Shown here: positions 26,700-37,431 of the stretch, in pieces
Layout of the letters: each line of letters opens with the position of its first letter
How positions within the stretch are numbered: position 1 is the stretch's first letter
Assembly (NCBI RefSeq): GCF_902652985.1
Contig: NC_047028.1
Coordinates: 12,462,001-12,526,000 of the forward strand
Direction of reading: 5' to 3'
DNA length: 64,000 nt
DNA from: Pecten maximus
Lineage: Eukaryota
The notes under the pieces: model-generated
What the model was told of the DNA's origin: nothing
The model's input: the letters and a program-made list of their open reading frames with translations, nothing else
Databases searched by the model: none
Made by a program: the position numbers and the translations under genes

Positions 26700-27570
26700 T
26701 TATCAGAGAGGGGAATGAAAGGGATGGGAATCATGAGATTTGACAGGGAGGGAATCTAAGGGGTGGGAATCATGAGATTTGACAGGGAGGGGAATGTAGG
26801 GGGTGGGAATCATGAGATTTGACAGGGAGGGGAATGTAAGGGGTAGGAAATCATGAGATTTGACAGGGAGGAGAATGTAAGGGGTGGGAATCATGAGATT
26901 TGACAGGTAGGAGAATGTAAGAGAAGTGGTAGAAATCATGAGATTTGACAGGTAGGTGAATCCAAGGGGTGGGAATCATGAGATTTGACAGGGAGGAGAA
27001 TGCAAGGGGTGGGAATCATGAGATTTGACAGGGAGGTGAATGTAAGGGGTCGGAATCATGAGATTTGACAGGGAGGAGAATGTAAGGGGTGGGAATCATG
27101 AGATTTGACAGGGAGGAGAATGTAAGGGGTGGAATCATGAGATTTGACATGAAGGAGAGTGCATGGGGTCGGAATCATGAGATTTGACAGGGAGGGGAAT
27201 GTAAGGGAAGGGGTCGAAATCATGATATTTGACAGGGAGGGGAATGTAAGGGTAGGGAATTATGAGATTTGACATGGAGGTGAATTCAAGGGATGGGAAT
27301 CATGACATTTGACAGGAAGGAGAGTGCATGGGGTCGGAATGATGGTATTTGACAGGGAGGGGAATGCAAGGGGGCGGAATCATGGGATTTGACAGGTAGG
27401 TGAATTCAAGGGATGGGAATCATGAGATTTGACAGGAAGGAGAGTGCATGGGGTGGGAATCATGATATTTGACAGGGAGGGGAATGCAAGGGGTCGGAAT
27501 CATGAGATTTGACATGGAGGGGAATTGAAGAGGAGTTGGGGAAACATGAGATTTGACGGGGAGGGGAATG
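26700..27570. repeat. G-rich 40-bp minisatellite in intron 1 of serpin copy 2
   Basis: Unit GGGTGGGAATCATGAGATTTGACAGGGAGGGGAATGTAAG, ~21 copies. Confidence 0.93.
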
Positions 27571-28541
27571 TAAAGTGTGGGAAATACGGAAGTAACAAGG
27601 AGGGTAGTTATATAGCATAGAGGAGGATCAAGGGCTTTTACAAGATATGGAACGCAAGTGTAGGGAAATATTGGATTTAACACTGAGGAGAATTTCAATG
27701 TGTGAAAAGGGGATTAAGGAGGGAGAGGAATCACGTGATTAAACAGAGAGAATTGTGAGGGATGGAAATTACTTGATTTAACAGGAAGATGAATGCAAGG
27801 GATAGGTATTTTACAAGGAAGTATTTCCAGACTCGAGCACCACTTAACTATTTTATGGCCCTCATTTTACTCCTTGACAATCTAATCTTATCTAAGAGAC
27901 AAAGTAGTAGTAATAAAACCTGTTTAAAGACACTGTTTTGCGGCCGTTAAAAAGATTGACTAATAAATAATTACCGAATATTTTATTTGTACATTTAAAG
28001 GTATTGCTTCAAACAAAAGTTATTGTTGACCTATGATTAATATAATATCATTTAGGAACTTTTTAACATTTAACATACAGAAAAACAGCGAGAGGAATAT
28101 ATATTTAAGAAAAATGCTAAAAAAAAAGATTGATACATTATTAGTCGCATTTATATCCGCTTTCAAATTCTATCTTCATTGCTGTCATACACTCTATCCT
28201 ACACAATGCTTGTCATCCTATGACATATTCTATATTGTTACGATACCCACTGTATATTCCTTTCCTACGGTACAATGTATATTCCAACGATACAGTGTAT
28301 ATTCCTATCATACTGATGCATTGTATAGTATCCTTCATTGTTTATACATAGCATAAACTGTACGTTATATTATTGTCAATTCTTATATATATCCTACATT
28401 GTAGATAACTTTCCAACATAACATATGCCTATCCTACATCGTACATTGTATATACATATAGCATTGTATATTCCTATTTACATCCTCCATTGTACATACC
28501 TATCCTACATTGTATATTCCTGTTTTGATTTCTTTAGGGAT

Positions 28542-29783
28542 ATGAAACACCAATGGTTGTCCCTAGTCCTTATCATGGCTTTCCTTCAGTCACCCAGCAG
28601 CGCCAAAGTTTTCAGGGATGATAAACTGCATACAGATTTCCAAACGTCCAATGCGGACTTCACCTTGGAGATTTATAAGCGTTTGACTAAAATGTCCACA
28701 GACGGAAATTTGTTCTTCTCGCCTTTCTCAATCTCCGCCGCCATGTCCATGGTTTATCTTGGTGCCAGGGAGCAGACGGCAGACCAGATGATTCCCGCGC
28801 TTCGTATTCAATCCTTAGGTCAGCGAGTGCACGATGCTTATGAGGATTACTTGAAGGTGGTTTTAGATAAAAACGATAACGTCACACTTCAGATTGCCAA
28901 CAGACTGTATCCTGACAGTAAGACGGACATTGTACCATCTTTCATTGAGCTATGTGCTAAGCACTACCAAGCTGACACCAAAACAATGGACTATGGACAA
29001 TTTGAAACTGCAAGAAAAGAAATTAACGAATGGGTAAGCCAACAGACAGCAGAGAAAATAAAAGACCTTCTTCCTGAGGGATCTCTCAATTCATTAACAA
29101 TGATGGTATTGGTAAACGCTATCTACTTCAAAGGTGACTGGGAAACAAAATTTGATGAAAAAGCTACCAGGGATATGACCTTTCATAACCTCAAAGGTCA
29201 ACAAAAGACTGTGAAAATGATGTTTCAGAAAGCTACACAATTTCCGCTTAAATACGATGGTGAATTAAAATGTAAGGTTTTGGAATTGCCTTACAAAGGA
29301 AACAGCCTCTCAATGGTCATTATTTTGCCTGAGGATAGAGACGGATTGCCTGCTCTTGAAGAGAAATTAAGCTCGTCCGTAATTAAAGGACTTACGACAG
29401 AAATGTCACCTATAGAAGTGGAAGTGTTTCTCCCAAAATTTAAACTTAAATCGGGATTTGAGCTTTCAAAAATGTTCAAAAGCATGGGAATGACAGATCT
29501 GTTTGATGGATACAAAGCCGACTTGACTGGCATAGACGCCGCCAAGATGTCGCATGTGTCCGCCATCTTTCACCAAGCTTTTGTGGACGTAAACGAGGAA
29601 GGCACCGAAGCAGCTGCAGCCACAGCCGTTACAATGGAGACATTTTCATCTCCAGGTCCACCATTACAATTCAAGGCCGATCACCCATTCATGTTCGTTA
29701 TCAAAGACAATCGGTCCGACACAATTTTGTTTGTTGGAAGATTTGCTGATGTTGTTCAGGCACAAGAAAAAGATGAATTATAG
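28542..29783 (+). CDS. Serpin copy 2 (413 aa), signal peptide + KDEL; RCL P1-P1' = Phe-Ser
   Basis: Acceptor TTTAG ends at 28537. N-terminus MKHQWLSLVLIMAFLQSPSSA. Hinge and loop EEGTEAAAATAVTMETF|SSPGPP. Ends QEKDEL*. Confidence 0.96.
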   Translation: MKHQWLSLVLIMAFLQSPSSAKVFRDDKLHTDFQTSNADFTLEIYKRLTKMSTDGNLFFSPFSISAAMSMVYLGAREQTADQMIPALRIQSLGQRVHDAYEDYLKVVLDKNDNVTLQIANRLYPDSKTDIVPSFIELCAKHYQADTKTMDYGQFETARKEINEWVSQQTAEKIKDLLPEGSLNSLTMMVLVNAIYFKGDWETKFDEKATRDMTFHNLKGQQKTVKMMFQKATQFPLKYDGELKCKVLELPYKGNSLSMVIILPEDRDGLPALEEKLSSSVIKGLTTEMSPIEVEVFLPKFKLKSGFELSKMFKSMGMTDLFDGYKADLTGIDAAKMSHVSAIFHQAFVDVNEEGTEAAAATAVTMETFSSPGPPLQFKADHPFMFVIKDNRSDTILFVGRFADVVQAQEKDEL

Positions 29784-31257
29784 AAAACCCATTTGTTCAA
29801 TTTCATTGATACAGATAATGTGGTGCTGACGTACTTGCCTTCTGGTTATCACAACTGAACCCTGTCCTAGTTTGTTGGTGTATATGAGACTGAAATCATC
29901 ACCGTATACTATACTGTTACTATTGCTGTCATTCTTATATCCTATATACTGAGTATATAGTATAATCTTCATACTGATAACATTGCATTGATCATCTTTG
30001 TTGATATGGATATCTAGATTTCCTTCCCTGTCCCTTACTTTTTGGATCTCTTGATTGGTTATCGACATATTTACATTCCGTGAGCTTGTTTTCGCTACCA
30101 TATGATGTTTAGACTGTGATTGCCATTGCCGAAGATGAGCTAGTGGAAAGAAACAACTAGGTAACGATTTGTTATTTGACAACGTGTTTTGCAATTCTTC
30201 CTGAAGAACTTAATTTCGAATTGAGATGCTTGATGACAATGATTTTTTTATTATCTTTTATATAAATATTGATACACATTTTTAAAATGATCAGTCATAT
30301 ATATTTATTTGCATTATCTTTTTTTTCAATTCGGGAAACTGTTTTATCGGTGAACCAAATATTTTGTTTTTGGAACGGACGTGTGCTGGCACAATGTCTT
30401 TTATTGTTATACGGAATACAAATGTAAAAATCAGTGTTTGGAAAATGTGTACTATTTCAGGAATCGTTACTCGCACACACGTGACTCCTGTCTATTTTAT
30501 CCATGTAGTATTATTACAAAAATCAACCGAGATTAATTTTTATCTAAGACTCGTAAACATATATCTATAGAATAGTTTTACGGTATACGCTTGGGTATCG
30601 CTATTTTAAAATTCCATTTCATTATATATAAGAGAAAACCATCGTTTAATAAATATTAAATACAGTTTTAATCGCTTTAAGGAAATTTAAAAAAGCATAT
30701 GGACGTTAAAGCTCGTCATATCTATAGACATCAAAAACGATAACACGAGTGGAAACTGAACTAAAGGAAGTGATGTATATGTACAGTCGTGTAAGTCGAA
30801 CTTCATATCGCATTGTGGTGACGATCTTCAATCTCGGGTAGATGTTATCTTGGTTTTAAAGGTATTCATCACCAGCAATATTTAAAAAGTGATCCTCGCA
30901 GCCTTTCATGATCAGCTTGTATTTATTTTGAGGTAGACAATGGTGTGCTTTAGTCACATGTATCGCTTTGTTTCATTTATATTGTATTCCTTTTGTTGCG
31001 TTTAAGAGTAATTTTAATTGTTAGTTATGAACAACAGTGGTATTATTGACTAGTTTTAACAATATCTAAAGGTTGAACATGATTTAATTGATGATCAATG
31101 TTTAAGCTGTTGAATGTAATTTGATTTACCAATATTTTATTTTAGTTAAATAAAATATATATTTTACGAATTTATTTAACTGTATGATTACTTAAAGCTA
31201 ACGTGAAATATAGTGTTAACCCTAAGTGATATTATGCGGATTGAAATGAAATAAAAT

Positions 31258-31727
31258 AACTAGAACTGTCTCAAGGATGGCTGACTAATACTCCCGAAAT
31301 CTACAATGGTGAAATGGAACTGTTAATTAGAGGCTTACTAAGATAACCCAGTAATATAGTGACCAGTTGCTATAGCAACCATAATTAAAAAAAAAAAAAA
31401 ATAAGTGGCATGCACATCAACACATATTCGTGTAAAGTTTCATTGAAATCGGCCCATCGGTTTCGGAGGAGTTGTCCGGACCAACTTAAAGTTATGGTTC
31501 TTATCAGAAAACCTGTGTATAGTTACCAGTTGCCATAGCAACCATAATTTTGTGAAAAATAAAGTGGCATGCACATCTACACACGGTCCTCTATATTTGT
31601 GTGAAGTTTCATTGAAACCGGCCAATCGGTTTAGGAGGAGTTGTCCGGACAAAATGCGTCTACAGACAGACGGACGGACGGACAACCTGATTCCAGTATA
31701 CCCCCTAACTTCGTTGCGGGGGTATAA
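31258..31727 (-). mobile_element. Non-autonomous Helentron-associated element (HINE-like), present only in duplication unit A
   Basis: The - strand begins TTATACCCCCGCAACGAAGTTAGGGGGTATA (hairpin), followed by a (GTCC/GTCT)n microsatellite and two ~163-bp core repeats. Absent from the paralogous site at ~39040. Confidence 0.8.
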
Positions 31728-32582
31728 TAAAATAATTTTTATTACATCCGTTTCGTAGATAGCGAATTGTGGCATTACTGTGGGCATACATGGGAAAATA
31801 ACAAAATTATTATATCAAACAATATTCATTTCAATTAATTGTCATACAGGAATATATAAGGATACTTAGTTATACATGTATATACTAATCATACACACTA
31901 ATGCTTGTTTTACAGAAATATATGAGTCATTGTCAGAAATCTTTAAATATTGCAAGAAATGTTTTTTATTCTATTTAACCAAACTTTAGGGTAAAATGTC
32001 CATTATGGCATCAATTTCAAAATAAAGTTTTCACAAACAAGAAACAGGAATTTGAAATTAAACTTAGAATCATTATAAAAGCGTCAACTTCCCAAGTTGT
32101 ACATGTTGATATTATTTGCTCATGTGTCCTAAGAGATGATCTATGATGATATCTCAGAGGCTCTTTAAGTAACACAATGGTGGGGGACTGTTTTGAAGAG
32201 AACATTTTAACTTTTAAATCAATAAGGTTGATGATGAATCAAGTTTTAATTGCTTTGTTGTTTAAAGTTAAAATCTTGTGAGCACAAAGAAAAAAAAAAA
32301 AAAAAAATCATCAAAGAAAAAAAACAAGTTTTGGATCCTGACCGAAAAATGTCTATAGCTTATTTCAAAATCACGGTTTAAAATGAACAACATTTTACCA
32401 ACATTGATTGTTTTTTACTGGTCAGAAAAGCATGACTTCTTTCCCCTGTCTTTCTTCTTTCTCATATATATATATATATATATATGGGCAATACATTTAT
32501 CCTTCATGGCCTATAATGCCTTTGCCTTCATTAAGCACATTAACAAAATTTACTTATGGTTCAGTTTAAAAATCTGGTAATT

Positions 32583-32800
32583 CCTCGCCTCAATAACCTC
32601 CGATTTTACCTCACCTCAATAACCTCCGATTTTACCTCGCCTAAATAACCTCCGATTTTACCTCGCCTCAATAACCTCCGATTTTACCTCGCCTTAATAA
32701 CCTCCGATTTTACCTCGCCTCAATAACCTCCGATTTTACCTCGCCTCAATAACCTCCGATTTTACCTCGCCTCAATAACCTCCGATTTTACCTCGCCTAA
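32583..32800. repeat. 26-bp minisatellite, ~8 copies
   Basis: Unit CCTCGCCTCAATAACCTCCGATTTTA. Confidence 0.93.
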
Positions 32801-33299
32801 ATAGCCATTGCTCTTGTTTGTCTTTTCCACACTCTCCTTCTGATTTTTTTGCACTCTCTCTTTCACTTCTCACCTCAACCTCCTCGTGATTATTCCTCCT
32901 TCCAACACTCTGCTCCAGCTTGTCCGTTGTAACAACCCACTCCTGTTTCTCCATTAGCTGCGATAACATAGCTCTGGACGACGGACGGACAATATCTGAC
33001 AGATGGTCGTCGTTAGAAGAGCAGGTTAGGCAGGGTATTAATATTCGTTCTATTTCTCCATCACCTCAACAGTCTCATCGTGTTCTTTCTGGTCTCGTCA
33101 CCATCAATATGATTCTCTTTCATTTCACACTCTCCTTCTGATCCCCATTACACTGTTAGAAAGTAAATGGAAGGTGGTATAGATCAGGAATGGTTAATAT
33201 AACTAGGAAGGCAGGGATGGGGTTAAGCAGTGTTTAAATGGTACAAAATGAACGTATTTGAATTACGAGATTTAATAGGAAGAGGAATGACTGAAAAAG

Positions 33300-33945
33300 A
33301 ATGGGAATTACAGGGAGGGTAATGGAAGGGTGGAGATTACGGGACATAACAGGGAGGGTAATGGAAGAGTGAAGATTACGGGATATAACAGGGAGGGTAA
33401 TGGAAGGGTGGAGATTACAGGATATAACAGGGGGTAATGGAAGGGTGGAGATTACGGGATATAACAGGGAGGGTAATGGAAGGGTGAAGATTACGGGATA
33501 TAACAGGGAGGGTAATGGAAGAGTGAAGATTACGGGATATAACAGGGAGGGTAATGGAAGGGTGAAGATTACGGGATATAACAGGGAGGGTAATGGAAGG
33601 GTGGAGATTACGGGATATAACAGGGAGGGTAATGGAAGGGTGGAGATTACGGGATATAACAGGGAGGGTAATGGAAGGGTGGAGATTACAGGATATAACA
33701 GGGGGTAATGGAAAGGTAGTATTACAGGATATAACAGGGAGGGTAACGGAAAGGTGGATATTACGGGATATAACAGGGAGGGTAATGGTAGAGTGGAGAT
33801 TACAAGATATAACAGGGAGGGTAATGGAAGGGTGGATATTACAGGATATAACAGGGAAGGTAATGGAATGTTGGAGATCACGGGATATAACAGGGAGGGT
33901 ATTGGAGGGGTTAATGGAAGGGAGTTGGTTACGGGATATAACAGG
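33300..33945. repeat. G-rich 39-bp minisatellite (unit A copy)
   Basis: Unit GGAGATTACGGGATATAACAGGGAGGGTAATGGAAGGGT, ~16 copies. Confidence 0.93.
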
Positions 33946-34394
33946 ATACAACATTGGAATCGATTATAAAGCGCTTTTTAACCCGTTTCTGGTTGTTATA
34001 ACACTATATTTTATAACAACAAGAAACGGGTGTTTTTTTTAAAGCACTTTATAATCGATTCCAATGTTGTATCGGTGCATAAATAGACAAGAAATGATGT
34101 TACAAATTAAAATTAGACAATTCCATTATAACTTTAGTTCCTGATCCCAAGTACCTGTGAATGAAAGTGCATTAAAGTCTGAGGCGGTACAAAACTAGAT
34201 CGCCAATGTTAACAGTGAATGTATTCAAACGCAGGCAAGAAAGTGATTCGTCTCTCAGAACAGAAGCACGCGACCCAAAATCTTAACATTCAACGGGAAA
34301 TTCAGATCGAAGTGAAAAAGTAAATATATCGTTGTAATTGTCAGAGAGAATAATCCATCAATAAGAATAATAAATGCCATGTTTCGTAAACTTT

Positions 34395-34551
34395 CGTTCC
34401 GTTTGTTTGAGACGATTTATTCCGATAATTTGCGTGCGTATATGTAAACAAACGTGTCCACACCTTCACTAGGCCGTATCGCGGAAGTTTGCTGTGCATA
34501 GTTTCTTATCTACATAGCGCACGTATACATGTTTATTAACACAGGTAAGTA
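34395..34551 (+). promoter_or_regulatory. Putative promoter / non-coding exon 1 of serpin copy 3
   Basis: TTCCGATAA, TGTAAACA (34443-34450), CGCGGAAGT (34480-34488) and donor CAG|GTAAGT (GT at 34545). Confidence 0.6.
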
Positions 34552-36189
34552 ACTGATATATCTACATTCTTTTCGTAAGGTGGTTGTTCTGATATTCTGG
34601 ATATAACCCCCAATTTATATATGTAGATCATGATCGAGTAGTTCTTTAATATCGATAAAAATGATAACTGATCATCATGATAACATTGATCTATAATCGA
34701 TAAATTTAACAAGAGTCGGTCCCGAAGGGGGCGAGAGTTACCATGCTTACACATTGTACATATGAAGTTAATGACTTTTGTCCGTTAATTAACTGGTGTG
34801 TCGTATACAAGAAGTACCCTACTGTTAGGTTTCGCCAAAACGAGTATAGTATATATATACAAATGTAGTTATAATTGTTTAGTATCGCATCTCGTCTGCT
34901 GAAAGACCCGTTCAATAAATAAATAGTGTCACATGACTCGGGATTGGAAGGGTAGGAATTACGGGATTTAACAGGGAATGTCGTGATAAATATACCTTAA
35001 GCCAAGTTGACGTGATAAGATTGGTCATAAAACCTGCTAAACTGACACAGTTTTATGGCCATAACAACAGGTAGGCCTACAAATAATTACCGAATATTTC
35101 ATTTCCACAGTTACATATATCAGGGATCAGAATCATGATATTTAACAGGGAGGGAAATTGAAGAGGAGTTGGGGAACATGAGTTTGACGGGGAGGGGAAC
35201 GTAAAGTGTGGGAAAGACGGACGTAACAAGGAGGGTAGTGATATAGCATAGAGGAGGATCAATGGCTTTTACAAGATATGGAAAGCAATCGTAGGGAAAT
35301 ATTGGATTTAACATTGAGGAGAATTCCAATGTGTGAAAAGGGGATTAAGGAGGGAGAGGGATCACGTGATTAAACAAAGAGAAAATTCCGTGGGAGGGGA
35401 TTACTTGTTTTAACAGGAAGATGGACGCAAGAGATCTAGATGGATTACTGGTTATAACAAGAAGAGGGATGTAAGGGATGGGAGTTACGGTATTTTACAA
35501 GGAAGTTTTTCCAGACTCAAGCTCAACTTAACTATTTTAAGGGACTCATTTTACGCCTTGACAATCAAATCTTTATTTTTAAGAATTTAAGAGACATAGT
35601 AGTAGTCGTAAAACATGTTTATAGAAACTGTTTTGTGGCAGTTAAAATGATTGGCTAACAACTAATTACTGAATATTTTATTTGTACATTTACAGGTATT
35701 ATTTCAAAGATAAGTTGATGTTAACCTATAATTAATATAAAGATATGATGTAGAAACTTTTGAACATTTCACATACAGAAAAACAGGATCTGCTAAAAGA
35801 GATTTATTCATCATTCTCCGAATTTATATCTGCTTTCAAATTATACATTTATTGCTTTCATACGCCTTATCCTACATAATATTTGCCTGTTATATATTGT
35901 TACGATACTCATTGTATATTCCAACGATACATTGTATATTCCTGTCATTCTGATACATTGTATAGTATCCTTCATTGTTTATACATATCCTAAATTGTAC
36001 ATTTTATTATTGTAAATTCTTATATATATCCTACATTGTAGATAACTTTCCAACATTGCATACGCATATCCTACATCGTACATTGCATATACATATATAA
36101 CATTGTATATTCCTATTCCACATTATTTATGCTCACTTCACATTGTATATGCCCATCCTCATTCCTGTTGTTTTGATTTCTTTAGGGAT

Positions 36190-37431
36190 ATGAAACACCA
36201 ATGGCTGTCCCTAGTCATTATTATGGCTTTCCTTCAATCACCAAGCAGAGCTAAAGTTTTCAGAGATGATAAACTGCATACAGATTTCCAGACGTCCAAT
36301 GCGGACTTCACCTTGGAGATGTATAAGCGTTTGACTAAAATGTCCACAGACGGGAATTTGTTCTACTCGCCTTTCTCCATCTCTGCCGCCATGTCCATGG
36401 TTTATCTTGGTGCCAGGGAGCAGACGGCAGCCCAGATGATTCCCGCTCTTAGTATTCAATCCTTAGGTCAGCGAGTGCACGATGGTTATGAGGATTACTT
36501 GAAGGTGGTTTTAGGTAAAAGCGATAACGTCACACTTCAGATTGCCAACAGACTGTATCCTGACAGCAAGACGGACGTTGTACCATCTTTCATTGAGCTA
36601 TGTGCTAAGTACTACCAAGCCGACACCAAAACAATAGACTATCGACAATTTGAAGCTGCAAGAAAAGAAATCAACGAATGGGTGAGTCATCAGACAGCAG
36701 AGAAAATAAAAGACCTTCTTCCTGAGGGATCTTTAACTCCATTAACAGTGATGGTATTGGTAAACGCTATCTACTTCAAAGGTGACTGGGAGACAAAATT
36801 TGATGACAAAGTCACCAAGGATATGACCTTTCATAACCTCAAAGGTCAACAAAAGACTGTGAAAATGATGTTTCAGAAAGCTACAAAATTTCCGCTTAAA
36901 TACGATGATCAATTAAGATGTACGGTTTTGGAATTGCCTTACAAAGCGAACAGCCTCTCAATGGTCATTATTTTGCCAGATGATATAGACGGATTACCTG
37001 CCCTTGAAGAGAAATTAACCCCTTCTGTAATTAAAGGACTTACGACAAAAATGCCACCTGTAAACGTGGAAGTGTTTCTTCCAAAATTCAAACTTAAATC
37101 GAGTTTTGAGCTTTCAAAATTGTTCCAGAGCATGGGAATGACATATCTGTTTCATGGATCCAAAGCCGACCTGACTGGCATAGACACTTCCAATACGTCA
37201 TATGTGTCCTTCATCTTTCACCAAGCTTTTGTAGACGTAAACGAGGAAGGCACCGAAGCAGCTGCAGCCACAGCCGTTATAATTGTGGCATGTTCATCGC
37301 GAGGGCTACCATTACAATTCAAGGCCGATCACCCATTCATGTTCGTTATCAAAGACAATCGGTCCGACACAATTTTGTTTGTTGGAAGATTTGCTGATGT
37401 TGTTCAGGCACAAGAAAAAGATGAATTATAG
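36190..37431 (+). CDS. Serpin copy 3 (413 aa), signal peptide + KDEL; RCL P1-P1' = Cys-Ser
   Basis: Acceptor TTTAG ends at 36185. N-terminus MKHQWLSLVIIMAFLQSPSRA. Hinge and loop EEGTEAAAATAVIIVAC|SSRGLP. Ends QEKDEL*. Confidence 0.96.
   Translation: MKHQWLSLVIIMAFLQSPSRAKVFRDDKLHTDFQTSNADFTLEMYKRLTKMSTDGNLFYSPFSISAAMSMVYLGAREQTAAQMIPALSIQSLGQRVHDGYEDYLKVVLGKSDNVTLQIANRLYPDSKTDVVPSFIELCAKYYQADTKTIDYRQFEAARKEINEWVSHQTAEKIKDLLPEGSLTPLTVMVLVNAIYFKGDWETKFDDKVTKDMTFHNLKGQQKTVKMMFQKATKFPLKYDDQLRCTVLELPYKANSLSMVIILPDDIDGLPALEEKLTPSVIKGLTTKMPPVNVEVFLPKFKLKSSFELSKLFQSMGMTYLFHGSKADLTGIDTSNTSYVSFIFHQAFVDVNEEGTEAAAATAVIIVACSSRGLPLQFKADHPFMFVIKDNRSDTILFVGRFADVVQAQEKDEL

Noticed and set aside
28425-28541. 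N-terminal extensions of serpin ORFs in the ORF track (also 36103-36189, 46017-46127, 21388-21408)
   Set aside because: In copies 2-4 these run back through the splice acceptor into low-complexity intron sequence, and copy 1's extension starts at a non-ATG codon. True starts are placed at the downstream ATGs.
29778-30194. Antisense 138-aa ORF repeated at 37426-37830
   Set aside because: Conserved only because the 3' flank was recently duplicated; it has a non-ATG start, no recognisable domain, and is disrupted in copy 4's flank.
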